Position numbers and translations under genes: made by a program. This document shows positions 1 to 14,053 of a DNA stretch of 40,701 nucleotides, piece by piece; within the stretch, counting starts at the first letter, position 1, and each line of letters opens with the position of its first letter. The stretch lies in contig KZ538911.1 of assembly GCA_000934665.2 (NCBI GenBank), forward strand, positions 1 through 40,701. Direction: 5' to 3'. This stretch comes from Catajapyx aquilonaris (Eukaryota). Under the pieces are notes generated by a model. That model was not told where the DNA came from. It did no database searches and worked only from the letters and a program-made list of their open reading frames with translations.

Positions 1-1
1 C

Positions 2-96
2 ACTGTAGGCCGCAGGCCGAGAAAAGAGCGAGCGAAGCGAGCGGTTTTCAAGGCCAGCGCCCTAGGAAAATACGAGCGGAGCGAGGGTTTTCCTAG
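2..96 (+). mobile_element. Short non-autonomous Helitron-end-like element
   Basis: Two hairpin modules CTAG(G)AAAA..CGAGCG(A/G)AGCGAG..TTTT(C)CTAG; ends CTAG|T. 93/95 identical to the reverse complement of 40468-40562. Confidence 0.6.
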
Positions 97-235
97 TGTA
101 TTATTAAAATCCTTCGTTGTATATGGTTATGCCTTCTGATTGGTCCGAGTACGAGTAAACAGCGCTTACTAACATTGTTGAGGTCATTTCCATGGAAAAC
201 CCAAAGCAATTCACAAACAATCTGACCTTCACCAC

Positions 236-284
236 CGCAGGCCGATGGCTTAGAAAAAAACGAGCGATGCGAGGGTTTTTCTAG
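236..284 (+). mobile_element. Degenerate copy of the same Helitron-end-like module
   Basis: tagaaaaaaacgagcgatgcgagggtttttctag|t. Confidence 0.5.
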
Positions 285-2225
285 TCTATCTATATAGTAT
301 AAAATAATGCAAAACATGTCTCTGGATTTCTATAGAATAACCGGGTTCGACACTCGACTATTTCTGCGAATTTCCGTCCTCATTTCCTCCCTCTAGTCAT
401 TAACCTTACCTATAGCAAGAAAAAAACGCATTAACAATGATAATAAAGGCAAACACCACCCTAATACAAGGCGGTTCAGACCTAGCACGGAGCAAGTGAT
501 TATACTTAATGGCATTTAAAGATATAGTAAAAAAAGAACACCCTGGAATATGGCCTCATAACCGCGCGTTTCTGCAAGAATGCGTTTGCCAAATTTTGCT
601 TCTTCGCGGCCCGAGCTTGTGAGACTCCCTACCTATTCTTTACGAGGTGTAATGAACCTTACCCGTCCCATAAATCAGGGCTGTATCATTGTGCCGCCCA
701 AGGTATCGCAGTTGTAAAGTGATTTTTAGTCCAGTCGTTACATTAGAAACTTCCTGGGGCTTCCGCATCGCGTGGGTCGTAGTCTTTGGAGGGGGGGGGG
801 GGNTGAGTTTGAACCCAGACACTCCCAAAGTGGCCCAAGCTTCCTGACCAAAAGCTTTGATGGTGATTATCCGATTGAAGTTTGATCCCCCTGTGCATGA
901 CCTCTTGCGGTCGCCAGAGTGCCCCGTACAGACTTGCCTCCAGGGCTCCCGGAGAAATCCGGAAGCTCCCATTTGCCCTCTGGGACCCAGGCTATTGATT
1001 GCCTTGCTCCTTTCCCTTGCCCCCCTACCTTCTATTTCTAGATGCCATGGCCTCTTGTCTCCCCCTCCACCTTATACCCTCCCAATCTACTTCATGTAGC
1101 CTCACGCAATATTGTTCTCCATTTAGTGTCCTCATCCCCCAAGCACAAAAGCAAATGGGACGCAAAGAATCGCGAAGACTACTTCAAACAGTTACCAGTC
1201 CCTTATTGGACAGAATGACGTTTTTTTTCCCTATAGGAAAGGAAAGAAAAAAAATGACGGGGCCTGACATTTTAATCTAGCCAGCGCCATTTATATTTGT
1301 CTGCACTGTACAGACGCTCGAGGAGAAATTTTGACCTACTTGGATTCGGATGCGTCAACACAGGTCGATGATTCATGTAGTGCGTACACCCACAACTAAG
1401 GGTTCGCATTGTTAAAATCCACCGCATTTTTCATCTGGTTTCAGCTAAAAACTTCAACGATTTATAAAGCAAATTATCAGCGCAATGGCCAATTACAGCA
1501 TGGCAAAACATTGTCGAGTGCAACAACCGGCCATGAGCCATAACAACCTGCCGCAGCCTCCGTATATCCCGAGATTTTTGAGCCCGAAATATCGACAAAG
1601 TGAAGGATATAACAGGGGAAAGAGGATCCATTTTCCACTGCCGCTGTACGTCGGACACACGCGGCGCATGCGAGCATTCCCCTCACCATATATACATTCG
1701 CTCTGCAAAAAAATAAGCGGATTTAAAAAAAATGCACGTTCATATATAGCAAGGTAACGCTTTTGTTGCAGGATCTGATTTTGACAGCCACGTTTCTCGT
1801 TTTGACTCGCACACGAAACGAGTCCAAACTCCAGTGTGTCTCCCGCCCCATGTTCCTCTCAACTGTATCCATCAGGCACTGAAAATTGCAGATTTCACTT
1901 CGAGCTTTCTAAATTGCATGGTGCAATCATGGTGGTGACGCTGCCTGAATCGAAAATCCGCTCTGAATTATGGTCGGGGTCTGGAAAAAGGTTCTATATG
2001 CGCAAAATGTAAATATAAACTGTTTTAGTCAATTATTTCAGTTAGTTATTACAAGCGTAAAAACCTCAGGACATGGTATATTGCGAATTTTAATGGCGGT
2101 AAATGGCATTGATTAATCCAGCCACGGTCGCACATTGTCAATATGTCATTGATGTCATTGCAGAAGTTATTTCATAAGCCCTTCCACTGTTGGATGTGCC
2201 GCCAAAACTTACAGCATATTACATA

Positions 2226-2458
2226 GCAAAAATTGTTTAATTGCTTTTTTTTCATGGCGTTAAACTTGCATGAAAATCTCTCAAAGTCTGTATACAAACC
2301 AAATGTGCTCATCTCTCCCGGACCGCGGTTACTCCAATTTCATAGTGAAATTAGGCAAAATTTTAATTGGTTTCTTTTTTTAAAATGGGTTGAAGCCTTT
2401 CACGGATACTTTCATGAACAGCTACAAAAGTCTGCATACAAACAAAATGTGCTCATCT
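2226..2458. repeat. Degenerate direct duplication (about 130-145 bp period)
   Basis: aaagtctg(t/c)atacaaac(c/a)aaatgtgctcatct and gcaaaa..tttaattg each occur twice. Confidence 0.7.
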
Positions 2459-4870
2459 ATCAAGCTGAGTAATCTCACCAAGTCCATACATTTTTTCCAC
2501 GCGGCCATCAGCCATCGCATCGAGTAAATGAAGATCTGGGAGTGCTCCCTATCAGGTAATGAAATCGGTCTTATCTATAACCCCCTCCTCCTCTTTCAAC
2601 TCTTCACTTATTCCGTCTGGACAGGTCCATAACAGTAACATATACCTCTTTATTACTCCAAAGCAACACTGATTTTAGTTCCTCATTTTGAGTGCACAAG
2701 GTCGAAATTTACGCCCGCCCAAACTTTGGTGCCGGGTGATTGGTGCCGGGTTTTATAACGCTATAATGTGCGTACAAGGCACGTTTGGTTGCGAATTGTT
2801 TGCCAGGGTTCAACGCCAGCTTATTAATCCGATTAGCTTATATGGATGTAATTCGCCCCCTCGCGTCATCAGTTGCATACAAACCCTCCAAGTGCGATCT
2901 ATATCCCCGCCGAACACCCAATAGCTATACAGCATTTTCCATGCATATAAGCACCTTGCTCTGTGTATGACTTTTGATGGCTATACAGCAGACACGCAAA
3001 TTGCAGCCACATTATACCAAACACCTCATTAGAAATTACCGCTCTATTGAGCCGCGTCCAAAAACCAGACATGGATTTTTCTCCGTGACGACATGCACCC
3101 GAATAACAGGCCAATCACAGTCAATAACCTTCCACGCACTCGACACTGTAAAAATTCCCGGGCAGGTTACGCAAGATCAGCAAGGCTATTTTTCACTCGC
3201 ATAATTACTATAGCACTCCGTTATGTTGATGTACAGCAAACTCCCCGTATGTATATGCATCGTTGAGTAAAATCGCCACTGAATGACGAAACAGTTACGC
3301 AAGCCACCGCCGTTGGGTCAGTTTCCGTAATCAAAATGTATACAGAGCATTTATGTAACCATATTAGCAAACATTTACGTTTTGTACCTCACAATTCAAG
3401 GTACAGTGTACTGTACACATGGTACTGCTCAACAAATATTTCCAGGGGCACACATTCCACGCATTTTCACCTTTACCCTTCTCATGAACCTTTGGACAAT
3501 GGCCACCCTGCATATGACTGGTTAGTGCCAAAATTGCATGCAGTTTATTACCACGATTACCTCCAGAGCCAAATTCCATAAGCAAATATGAAATTTTGCG
3601 CCCTGGAAAACAAGTTTAACCAACTATAGTTTGCGCCAGTGGCAGTTAGGTCTATACAACTGTATAGGTTTAACGATTTATGAACGCAACTTTATCATCA
3701 TCGCCATGCAGTAATGTTACGCCCCCAGACCAAATAATTAATCCAAATTTGCAGCTCGTTACAGAGAGAGAGGAGGGGGGGAAAAAAACAGGTTCACAAA
3801 GAGCATAGAATTTATCCAAGTTGCAGTTGCTGAAACCGAGCCCAGGTCCCAGAGAAGCCTGCAGAAAAGTTCAAAGGACGTGATAAAACCTGCATTAGTT
3901 TCCAATTCCAGCCCCTGCCTTGCACAAGGTTCTAGGGGGGGNNNNNNNNNNNNNNNNNNNGGGGGGAGAGGTCCTGCTGAATGGAAAAGGTCATGCAGGT
4001 GCACAAGCCTCCAGGCCTCGACACACGCAAGTAACCCGGAATCTGCAAACATAGCCTGAGAGGAGGGCTAGAGAGGCGAGATCCCCGAGAAAAAAAAAAG
4101 CGCTTCGGTCCAAAACCATCACGCCGCAATTAATATTGCAGCTTAACTACACCCTCACGCCAGTTGCGCCCCGTGATTTTTATATGCACTTGGTTCAAAA
4201 TCATTACTTTCGCAAGGTGCCAACCTTACGCCTCCATCCACCATGCGGAATTCCCGGTGACACACACACACAAAAACATATAACATCCATTCAATAATGA
4301 AGCTGCATACTCAAACTATAGAGGTAATGTTTCCACAGTACTTGGTATATCAATGACGGATCGATTCAACGCAAGCTTTCGGTTGATACTGTTCAACACT
4401 GCGCTCTCTCCCCACCCTTTAGTACCCGCCCACCCACCCCAAAAAATACAATGTGGAGGATTCCAAATGTCGGACTTTTTTTTTTCTTTCTCCCCACTGG
4501 AAAATTAGAAAAGGGGCCGCGGTTTAGGGCCGGCTTTTTATCGAGCTAACCCTGGCAGATGAAGTGCACTTGCAGCACCTTCAAGCTAAGTTGCGAATTT
4601 ATTGCGCCAACATTTCACGTAAAGATACGGGGGAATTGCCTCTATATGTACGGGATTTTCGTGGGGATTCAGCACCTGCTGCAGCTAACAAAAAAAAAAA
4701 AAGTGCTAACCGTAGTACTGCATGGTAATTTTTATCCCAATTGAAAAGCGACATTGTAATCGGATTCTGCACCAATTTGGCTCTTGATAGTTTTTGGTAC
4801 AGCTACTGTTGAGACACCTTTTAATGCAAAATTGATACAATAAATTGGTGCAAAGTTTGAATGAAACACA

Positions 4871-4979
4871 GGGTGGAATTTTCATCCCACTGCCAGTTAC
4901 TGCTAACTTAGCAGTACCAGTGATGGGGATTGTTACTGTTAAGTTAGCAGTAACTAGCAGTCGGATGAAAATTCCACCC
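4871..4979. mobile_element. Palindromic MITE-like element (about 47-bp arms)
   Basis: gggtggaattttcatcc..agttactgctaactta / taagttagcagtaact..ggatgaaaattccaccc; no clear TSD. Confidence 0.7.
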
Positions 4980-5898
4980 ATATATAGGCATTAGGTTCAA
5001 TAAATTTACAATGTACCTAACAATTGCGTGTTTTCTTCCACTCTGGATAATTACAGTCAAATTTCAGATCCTATGTATATATTTAGTTCAGATTAATTTT
5101 ACGGCTGCCTGACCAATCCATCGGTTAACTCACAACCTACATTCTTAAAACCAGCCCTTACAAAATCCGTGTAACCAGTTGGGAAGGGGGGGGGCTAAGC
5201 CTATCGATTCGACCAAATCCGTATCAAATCAGGTGACCTGCAAGAATGACGCATAGGAAACCCGATTGGATACGTGTACAACATACCTTTCCTAACGCCG
5301 CACAGGCCGAACACACACACGCACAATTATCCACGCAAAAATCCTCAAAAATTTCACACTACACGGGGGCGGATGCAGCAAGATGAGACGGAAGTCAATC
5401 GGGCTAAGTTCCAGCAGCCTTGTGCAGGCTCCAGCAACAGCGTCCTCCGCGTCCTCTTTCCAACGGCACAGAGAGACACCACGTCCTCATCATCACCATC
5501 CTGATCTCCTCCGGTTCCACCACATTGTCCAGTGTGGCGTCTCTCCAGCTCAGGCGCCCCTTCCAGACTACTGCTATCCATGGGCTACCCACTCCCCCAA
5601 CACGCAAGGTTGCCAATCTTCCCGGACTCTCCCCACACCCCCCTACCTTCTCTCTATACTCCCCAAAGCTACGTAACCCACCCCACCCACTGCATTGCCA
5701 CGTGCCGCCCAAACACCAACTCGGACACCTACGCCTGCTCTGAATGCTGATTTCTTCTTTTTCTCAGGCTAACTTTTGAAGATGTTTAGGATGATGAGGT
5801 GACATTGAATAGGAACCATCAGGCAGGACGCGATTGAAAGGCTATCTGGTCAGGGTGTGCATACAATACATTGTGTTAAAACTGCTCACACCTCAGTG

Positions 5899-6018
5899 CC
5901 CCCGACGGTATCTCCACCTTGTGGTGGTGGGTCTTGCGTTTATCCCGTGACCCCAAGAGCTATGCAGGCGGTAGCTTCGTCTACTGGTAGGGACATCCAA
6001 GTCAGACAGGTCTTTGGG
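5899..6018 (+). repeat. RTE-LINE 5' UTR-like dispersed repeat, copy 1
   Basis: Shares ggtatctccaccttg..tggtggg and cttcgtctactgg.aggg..caag..aggtc with 19277-19394. Resembles from memory the CCTTGTCGTGG...AGGG..CCCAAG leader of RTE-clade elements. Confidence 0.5.
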
Positions 6019-9000
6019 ATAGAAGACACAGTTTCTGTCTCCATCTGCCCCATACCTTCTAGCCAGATAGCCGTTGGCTCCTTCCTAATAAACCTTAACC
6101 ACAGATACAGTGCAGGTTCATTATCCCAGCAGTGTACACGAAGGGTGCATTGTTGTTTATCCGGCTAGTATCTTTGGGTGCCACACAGCTAATCAGTGCT
6201 GGGCTTGGGGCAGTATGTATGACTCCTGCTCTCATCCATACTGTCTCTGTAAAACAGCGACCAACATCGCCTCTCTCTCTGATAACATCTGTGACACGTC
6301 AGGGTCCAGGGCCAAACACGGAATGACCACATATTTCAAACGTGTCCCGGAAGGTGTGTGCCTAGAAAAGGCGGTGCCATGTGATTGTTGAAATGGCAAC
6401 GTGGGGAAGGGATCCCCCCTACCCATACCCAACCCCACCCTGTGTCTCCCCCACACTCTCACCACGCAGAAATCAATAGGCGGAATGAGCCGCGCAGGCC
6501 CAAACTGGCCCAAGGAAAACCCTAGGAAGGAGCCAAACACCCAAAACGAATGCCTGGCTTCAGCCAAAATGTCTCTTGGAAACTATGCTGTCTCCTAACC
6601 GGACGCCTACGTGCGTCTTACACGCGCGAAAACGTTCCAGATCTAACAAGGCGAAGTGTAGTTTAAAAATGCATACGTATCTGCAGTGACGCCGTCACGT
6701 CTCGCGGACGCCAACGATACGATTCTGACGCTGTGAGAGAGTCACATGATCTAAACTAGCCAATCACCAGCAAATGCTGCCTGATTCACAATTGCTTCAT
6801 TTGGATCACTCGGTTTGCCGCAGTTATTTGTCAACAAAGTAACAGGCCCTCGCAAACTTGTACTGTACACCAGATTACTATGTGCATCACAATGCACTGC
6901 TAAACAAGCCGGTTCATAAACCCGGCTGTCATGCAGTCACGGCCCCCTGCGGGTCACCTATCACAACTGTCACAAAGGTGTGGGAACACTCGGAACACAC
7001 ATACTCCTGTGTCCCCTACCAGTACAATGAATACACAGTACCATTACAAACCCCCCCATAGAAAATAATGACACAGTAGCATCGTTAAAAAAAACAGCAA
7101 AAATAATTGTTAGCTTTGGGACACGACTGTTGTAGTCACATTGTGGCAAGCGCTGTTTACAGCCATCTGGACGTCCAAATCGAAGTGGAAACGAGTCAAA
7201 GGCGTCCAAAAGAGCAAGCCTTTAATCGCTTCAAACCTCTTCAAGCTTTCTACGGGTTTGTTGTCTGGAGTTCAACAAACAACTCTTTTTTTTCTTTCTT
7301 TTTTTTTTTTACACATCCTCCCATCATCCAACGGTCCAAAGAGGATTCGACCCACTCGCAAAATTTAATTATCGGCTGGGTCCTCTTTTCACGAATATTT
7401 GGGAACTAATGCAATCCAGTAAGAGGCGGTGTAAAAAAAAAAGAAGAAAAAAAAGAGAGACAAACATTTCATCCCTTACTTCAAACCCGCACCTTTTTTT
7501 TCTACCATCTCTCAGAGTCGGCCTGATGAAAATGCAACCAGAGAAAAGCTTCGAAAAGCGATTATTCACCTCAGTGGAATTTGGAGGCTGGAGCTTTGCA
7601 TTTTGAGGCCCAATCCGATTTTTTGTCCCTCCCTCTCTCTCTCTTTCCCTGGAGTGGATGGAAATTCGAGAGGTGGAATGCAAAAAAAAAAAGTACAAAA
7701 CAAAGTTATAGGAATCGGTCTGGGAGACAATTACACTTGCTGTTTTTTGAGGGGTCAGGTTTACAGTGTACTTAAGCGCTTCCACTTGAGACTCCTTCGG
7801 GTTTATTCTGATTGGCAGTAAAATCGGCGATTCAGGATTACTTCCAGGACACTGCATTCTATAAAACCCCCTTGGTAAGTATCTAACAAACCTATCCTAG
7901 ATCGCGACCACTGACGCTAAACCACATCACGTTAGTCATGTTCAGAAGTTGAACCACTAAAAACCACTAATAATCCCAGTTCAACCTGCTGCAGATGTGG
8001 ATATTACCGCCAGTGCTTTGATAATGCGTATTATAAATTATGGAAACTAAAATTGTCAGATCGTAGTTGGCCCCCGCTTATATCATCGCCATTCCACTGC
8101 AAAGGACGTCACAAGTGACAGGAAAATTGACGCCTTTTCCCTGGAGGTAGGTGGGTGCAAAATATTTCATGCACCTGTACAGTAACCGCCATGGAAAAAA
8201 TATGACATAACAGACTGGCAGTTTTGTTGTGCGCACTCAGCCCACGACAAAAAAGTTCAAAAAGTCAACAACTATGAGGCGGTTGCAATCTTGACATAAT
8301 TCTGAGTCGCCCAAGTTTCCACACCCGCCTTGTTTGCAAGTGCGGAAATAGCGCCAGCGGTCGGAATTTCCTTACGAAATGATCAGTTGGCGCTCAGGGG
8401 CAAAACCTAACCCTCCCAAATAAATAATCCGCATGGTCCTCGTCAGCCATGGCCTGAGCACAAATCCCCCCCTCAACCTCCATACACCCTCCCAACTCCC
8501 ACGATCGATCTCTCAAAATCCCTGACCGTAATTGTGACTTTGGGATTGCACACGTCGCGCTCCGTTTACTGGAAGAGAGTCCCTTTTTTTCGGTACGCTG
8601 ATGCCCATATCACCCACCCACCCCTCCAAAAAACTCTGCTGTCAAATCCAGTCCCGGAACGAATTGTGGTCTTGCTAACCACTACTTTGCCCCTGACCAA
8701 ATATTTGCTCGCACATAAACCCGCACAATTCATTTCGAGAAGGAACTACCGTACGTCCTGGTACATGAGCCGCATCCTAATTTTAGGGGACGGAAAGGTC
8801 ACTCGTGTGCGCGTAATTTTTTTGAAGGTCCCACTGGGGTGACCAGATGGCTTCAGTTGCATTCGCTTATTCCTAACCAACTAACCAACCAGTAGGTTTC
8901 AAGAACAAAGGAACGAAAGGCGAATGACCCGTACCCATTCGTTCTTCTTTGTTGGCGACAAATGATTCCTTCAGGCCTTATTAGCTCTTCGTTGCCAGGC

Positions 9001-12000
9001 CAAAGGTAACGTTGAACGGGCACCTAGCGACCCAAGCCACTAAAATACAAGGTTACATTTGGAAAAAGGAAGAGAATCGCATGAGCGGGCTTACAGTAAA
9101 AATGGGCCTTCTGGGAATCCTGTCTCGGTCAAGCTCGGATTTTATTCCACCTAGTGGCAAGTTAAGCCTCTTTTCTCACATTGAGAGAGCGCACTTGCGG
9201 TGGGGGACTTGTTGGGTATATCCCCTTTCAAGAATCGGAGGATCCCATCCCTCCAGGGGGAAAAGAGATGGTTGGAAGAGGTGGTGACCACTCGCGACCA
9301 CCAAATGAAGCCTAGCAATATCGCGTAATGGAAAATTCGAGCCACGAGGACTCTAAGAGTGCGGAGCAAGTGGAAGGGTTAGCAAGCAAGGAGGGGTATA
9401 TAGAAGGGTAATTGAAAATTCCGTAGGGAATATGATGGATGGATGGAAGGGGATCTCTACCTGCTGAATTTCTAAGCGGGGTTGATTTATCCCCGATTTT
9501 GCCTATCGATTGCGTCGATACAGTTTACCTTTCCGCGTACCCCTCATGTTCAACCTCATCACATGCCATCTATGCCTCAGCTTATGAAACGTGTCAATGC
9601 CAGGATTACCCCCAGCAATCGACCAGTATAACGGTGGACGATCTATAGAGCACACCCTTGTTTTCCTCTGCTGATTGGTTTTGGCTCGATTCTGCTGCGA
9701 ACGCCTCATTAGAGTCCAATAGATTTATGGACCTCCGTTAGCTAAGTGGTAACGGCTCGAGGTCCTGGAAAGGAGGAGACAAAACCGGCAGTTGTTACTG
9801 CTTGTTTATCTTGAGGAAAGAATTAGCTCATTTAGTTTCCCTTCTGGCAATTACGAAGCTCTGTCTTCTACGCCCTCGGTTTCATGTGTTTCCGAACTGC
9901 GAACCCAGAGAGATCTCGGGGAACAATAACACGTGGAGGACCCTGCACCACCCCCACGGTTTAGCTAAACAATGTCGCTAACTTTCATTCACCTCCTGCA
10001 CACTTCAAATCCCTGCACACTCAATGTAAAATGGCCATTCTATATACGTACGACACAGGCACCTGGAACTCGGCGAATTTAACACGGCACAAAAGGAGTG
10101 ACAGAAAGTTACTGGGGAGTATTTTGACATTTGGAACTAAACTCTCGGATTAGCTTGTATGTAACGCTAGTCTAGATGGCCAGGATTAAACTTGGTACAA
10201 TGGACCATAACTCATTCTGAAGCATCGCCAGGATTCCATACACTCTCCATTTTATGCAGACTACTTTGCAGTTAACCTTCTGATGAGAGTTATCATCCTG
10301 GTTAGTACGCAACCGCACGCTTGTAGCACCGGGAGTATAACCTGCAGGCGCACAGAACGACTCCAAGGGCATTATCAGTATTGGACATTGATGATATAGT
10401 TGGTTCATGTCAATACACAACTTATACGATTGTTGGACTGACTCCTGCTCGTCTGGTATACGTTCTCTCTGTTAGAAAAATAAAAGCAAGCTACAGTACC
10501 TGTCCATCAGATTTCGAGCACAAACAAGTCCGCAAATTTTCAGGGACCTGGACGTAACTCAAAGGGACGGATCAGGAGGTAAGGTGGGTGGGAACATATA
10601 GAAGGCAGGGTGCACCGGGCTGAAAGCCACTTAGACTGCATCTACTCCATGAAATTGCTGCTCCGAAATCTCCTTTCTAGCGCAGAAGGTCACCTCTCAC
10701 ATTATATAAAAAAAGCGGACCCTATATACCTCATTAGGGTCAAGTGGATATCTCAACAACCTGCAGGCCATATAAGAAATGACTGAATTATTTAAAAAAA
10801 ATTAAATTCAAGCAGCACCGAACTCCTGACTTTTTCCATCCCACAACAAAACGACCATTTTGAACCAATTAACCTCCTGCAACCCATTATCAGTTGCGGG
10901 GGGGAGAGAATATTTTGCAGGGGTGAGTTGAAAAAGCAGCCACGCCCATCTCACGAGTCCCCACCACCCCTTTCGAATAGCCAGTTTTAATGGAATTCTC
11001 CTTGGGAACTTCCGGGGGGAGAAAATATACATGATTCTCATCCCGAAATTAATCCCACTAAATTCTGGTCGTGTGGGCTGAATTTGAACCAATGGGAACG
11101 GGCCCGTGCTGCCGGCGGAGTCAATAAATTCCTCTGCGGAGAGTATGGGCAGGACACTGTACCCTGGAGTTTACAACTGGCTTTAGACGATTATGGAGCC
11201 AGATATAGATGGCCTTAAATGCCTTTCCTGCTTTACGTGCGGGCTTATCAACAGGGCAGTGCGTCTGCTTGGGGTTCACGCCCGTCTGCCCAATTCAGGA
11301 TGTACCGATACCTCATCGCCAGTTGGTTGAAACCAATCGTTGTTAGCTCATAAATATAAATACGTAAGCAAAAATCGTTATCAGTTCCGTATTAATAGCT
11401 CCCATACGCATAGCTAAGATGAATTATGCTAGTCTACAAATTCAGCAGTCTAAAAAAGAAAGTTCACATGTCACTAGGAGTAATCGAAATGACATGCAGA
11501 AAACCTATTAGTTCAGCATTTTCCGCAATACCCATTTTACGTAATTTGAATCGCAAATTCTTGAATTGGAGATAACAACATTAGTAACATTACTCGGGCC
11601 AAGGTGCAGCACTTTTTATATCTTTTAAAAAACCAAGCTCGTCCAAAAATAAGCAAGCCGCCTGGCGTAATGAAAATTTTAATTATACGATATATTTATA
11701 GTAACAAACACAACACTGAGGTAATATAAGCCGTCACCTTTTGCATTTTCCTTTAATGTTTACAGAACGACTGTAATATTAACCCGTGCGCTTTTTCAGT
11801 TTATATACACACCCCCAACTGCTCTGCGTCTGTAGAGGAGGAGTAAAACTAATGCGACTGTAATTTACAAGCATTCCCGGGGACATGACGTAGGCCAAGC
11901 GCAAAAAAAAAGGGGGGGGGGGTTTAGAAATAAAATATTCTGACGTCTACCCTAGGTAAATGTGATTAGCACTTTCCATTATGCTGTTGTGCTTGCGTAA

Positions 12001-13755
12001 TTGCATTAGGAGGCAATTTCCATGACTCTCATACTTAAAGGACAGGGCCAAGAAAATCAACTCGTGCCCTTCATCCTTCCGTGTATGCACCCCAAGAGAT
12101 TCTTTTGCTGCACGGGTCGGTCCAGCATCCAGGGGCAAATAACATCCCCCCTGGTTGTTGGACCAGCCCGTCGTGAAATAGAGGCGCAAAAGTTGCATAA
12201 CAGGTTAGGATAAGCCGGAAAGGTTCATCGATATAGAGCTGCCCGGAGCTTCTAAAATAAACCGTGTATTGGACCGATCCCGTGGGCACTACGTGCTAAA
12301 GGGGGCATTAACGTCAACACAAGCAGTCAATAATCACTATAAAAGAACTCAATGCTCTTGTTTTCGTGCCAATATCGCTCTTAATATATTCCCGTTTACA
12401 AGGCAAAAAAAAACTCTGCATAAATCATGTAAAAACAATAACGCACAGGCCCATTCTCGCATGAAATATTGCGGCGAAAGTCTACAGCAATGACATTTTC
12501 TCTCTCCCTTTTTTTTGGCATGAAGTTTTGAGCCCCCCCNNNNNNCCCCCCCCCCCCCGCAAAAAAAAAAAACAACCTCCAATCTCGGCTCGTCCCGGTA
12601 TGCATCAAGTAGCAAGCGCCCTTAGAAAATAAGACCCTTTTGCAAAAGGCCACCAATCCAATTTGCAATTGCGGTCCAAAACGCAAAGCCTCCGCCCTTC
12701 AGAAAATCTGCATCAAACGTGACTACGCTGCATATTTCATATAATAAAACCCCCAGCCCTTCCAGTCACAACTTCGCTCTGGACCATTTATCCAAACTTT
12801 CTGGGAAGTCCTGCAGGGTAAAGTGTGGGGGGAATGGAAAGGAATATATAGACAGAGAAAAGGGGGAGAAGAAAAACGAATATTCGTCTCTTCCCCTGTG
12901 CCCTGCAATTTCAGTTGCAGCCTACAGTTGCGCTTATCGATATCTATCGGTCACCTATTTTACACATTTTCGAAGAGGGACCCACGGGCCTTTCGCTTCC
13001 TGCTTTTAGACGTCCTTTTTTTTTCTCTCCCATCCACACTGCTAAAAAGATAATAAAATGATCTTCAGTTTGGGAAGATGGCAAAATGCATTTTGGACCT
13101 GTCGCCTTGGCCTTGACGCCAGGACCGACCAATAATCGATCGGGATGGCACAGCCTCACCCCCCACCGAAATCTCCTGGCCCCAACCCTCCCTTCCTGTT
13201 CAACCAACCAGGGGGTGGGCCGACGAGCCCGTGACGTCATAAATCGCAATTCTGAACCCCNCCCCCCCCCCCCCCCGAAACACACCAATTTTGAGCATTC
13301 TCTCAACTGCGTCGGGTTGGGACAACGCTCCGAGCAATTTCATTTGGGGAGCAGCCTTGCAACCTTTGGCATGGGAAATATCAGATATGAACAATTTTCC
13401 TGGCCCTTCATGCGCGCTTATCGGCCAGCCAAAATCTAGTTGCGCGGAAGGTAATGGTGGCAAAGGTAAAAAAATATCATCATATACAGAATTAACTAGG
13501 CGTGACATTTGTCTCTGCACTGTGTACGCGTCGACTTATCATCTAGGTGCATGTATTCACGGTTCAGTAATGGCAGGTTCTCTCTCTATAGCTGTCAGAG
13601 GTTGGGAAGCACATTATCGGAGCTCTGGTGGGCTTTTTCCGCGCGGTGACTCATCACCAACGTGCAAGTAGTACTATTTACCCCCCCCCTGAGAGCGGCA
13701 GTAGTGTGCAGATGAGCCTATGCGCCATCTGGTAATGGCATATCGTCCAAATGCA

Positions 13756-14053
13756 ACCGAAGCAATGGTGGCCGAGGGGATATGGTATCCGACTGCTAAT
13801 CGGGAGGTCCTGGTTTCGAATCCCGGTGCCGGCAACTCTAACCGTGGTTTTCTGTGGTTTCCCACGGTTTCTCCAGGAGAATTCCGGAGTTGTTTCCTAA
13901 ACTAATAGGCCACAGCCGCCTCCTTCCTTTCCTATCCTATCCCAAAAAGCGCAGTAAAAACGAAACGAAGAGTTCCAGTCAAAAAAATACATATATCCCC
14001 CCTAAAGAGCCGCCGGCTGATAACGGGGTATGAATTATTATATTATTATTATT
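13756..14053 (+). mobile_element. tRNA-derived SINE with (TAT)n tail and 16-bp TSD
   Basis: A box TGGCCGAGGGG, B box GGTTTCGAATCC, arm ccga-ctgctaa-tcgg. TSD atatcgtccaaatgca at 13740-55 and 14054-69. Confidence 0.9.

Noticed and set aside
3935..3966. G/C homopolymers with N gaps (also about 800, 12540, 13261)
   Set aside because: Assembly or sequencing limits at homopolymers; lengths are unreliable.
8904..8953. Hairpin resembling a pre-miRNA
   Set aside because: Stem is short and bulged, with no lower stem and no known mature sequence.
13756..13835. tRNA-Ser(GCT)-like gene
   Set aside because: No long variable arm or proper acceptor stem; it continues into a SINE body, tail and TSD. The other tRNA-like heads are rejected for the same reason.
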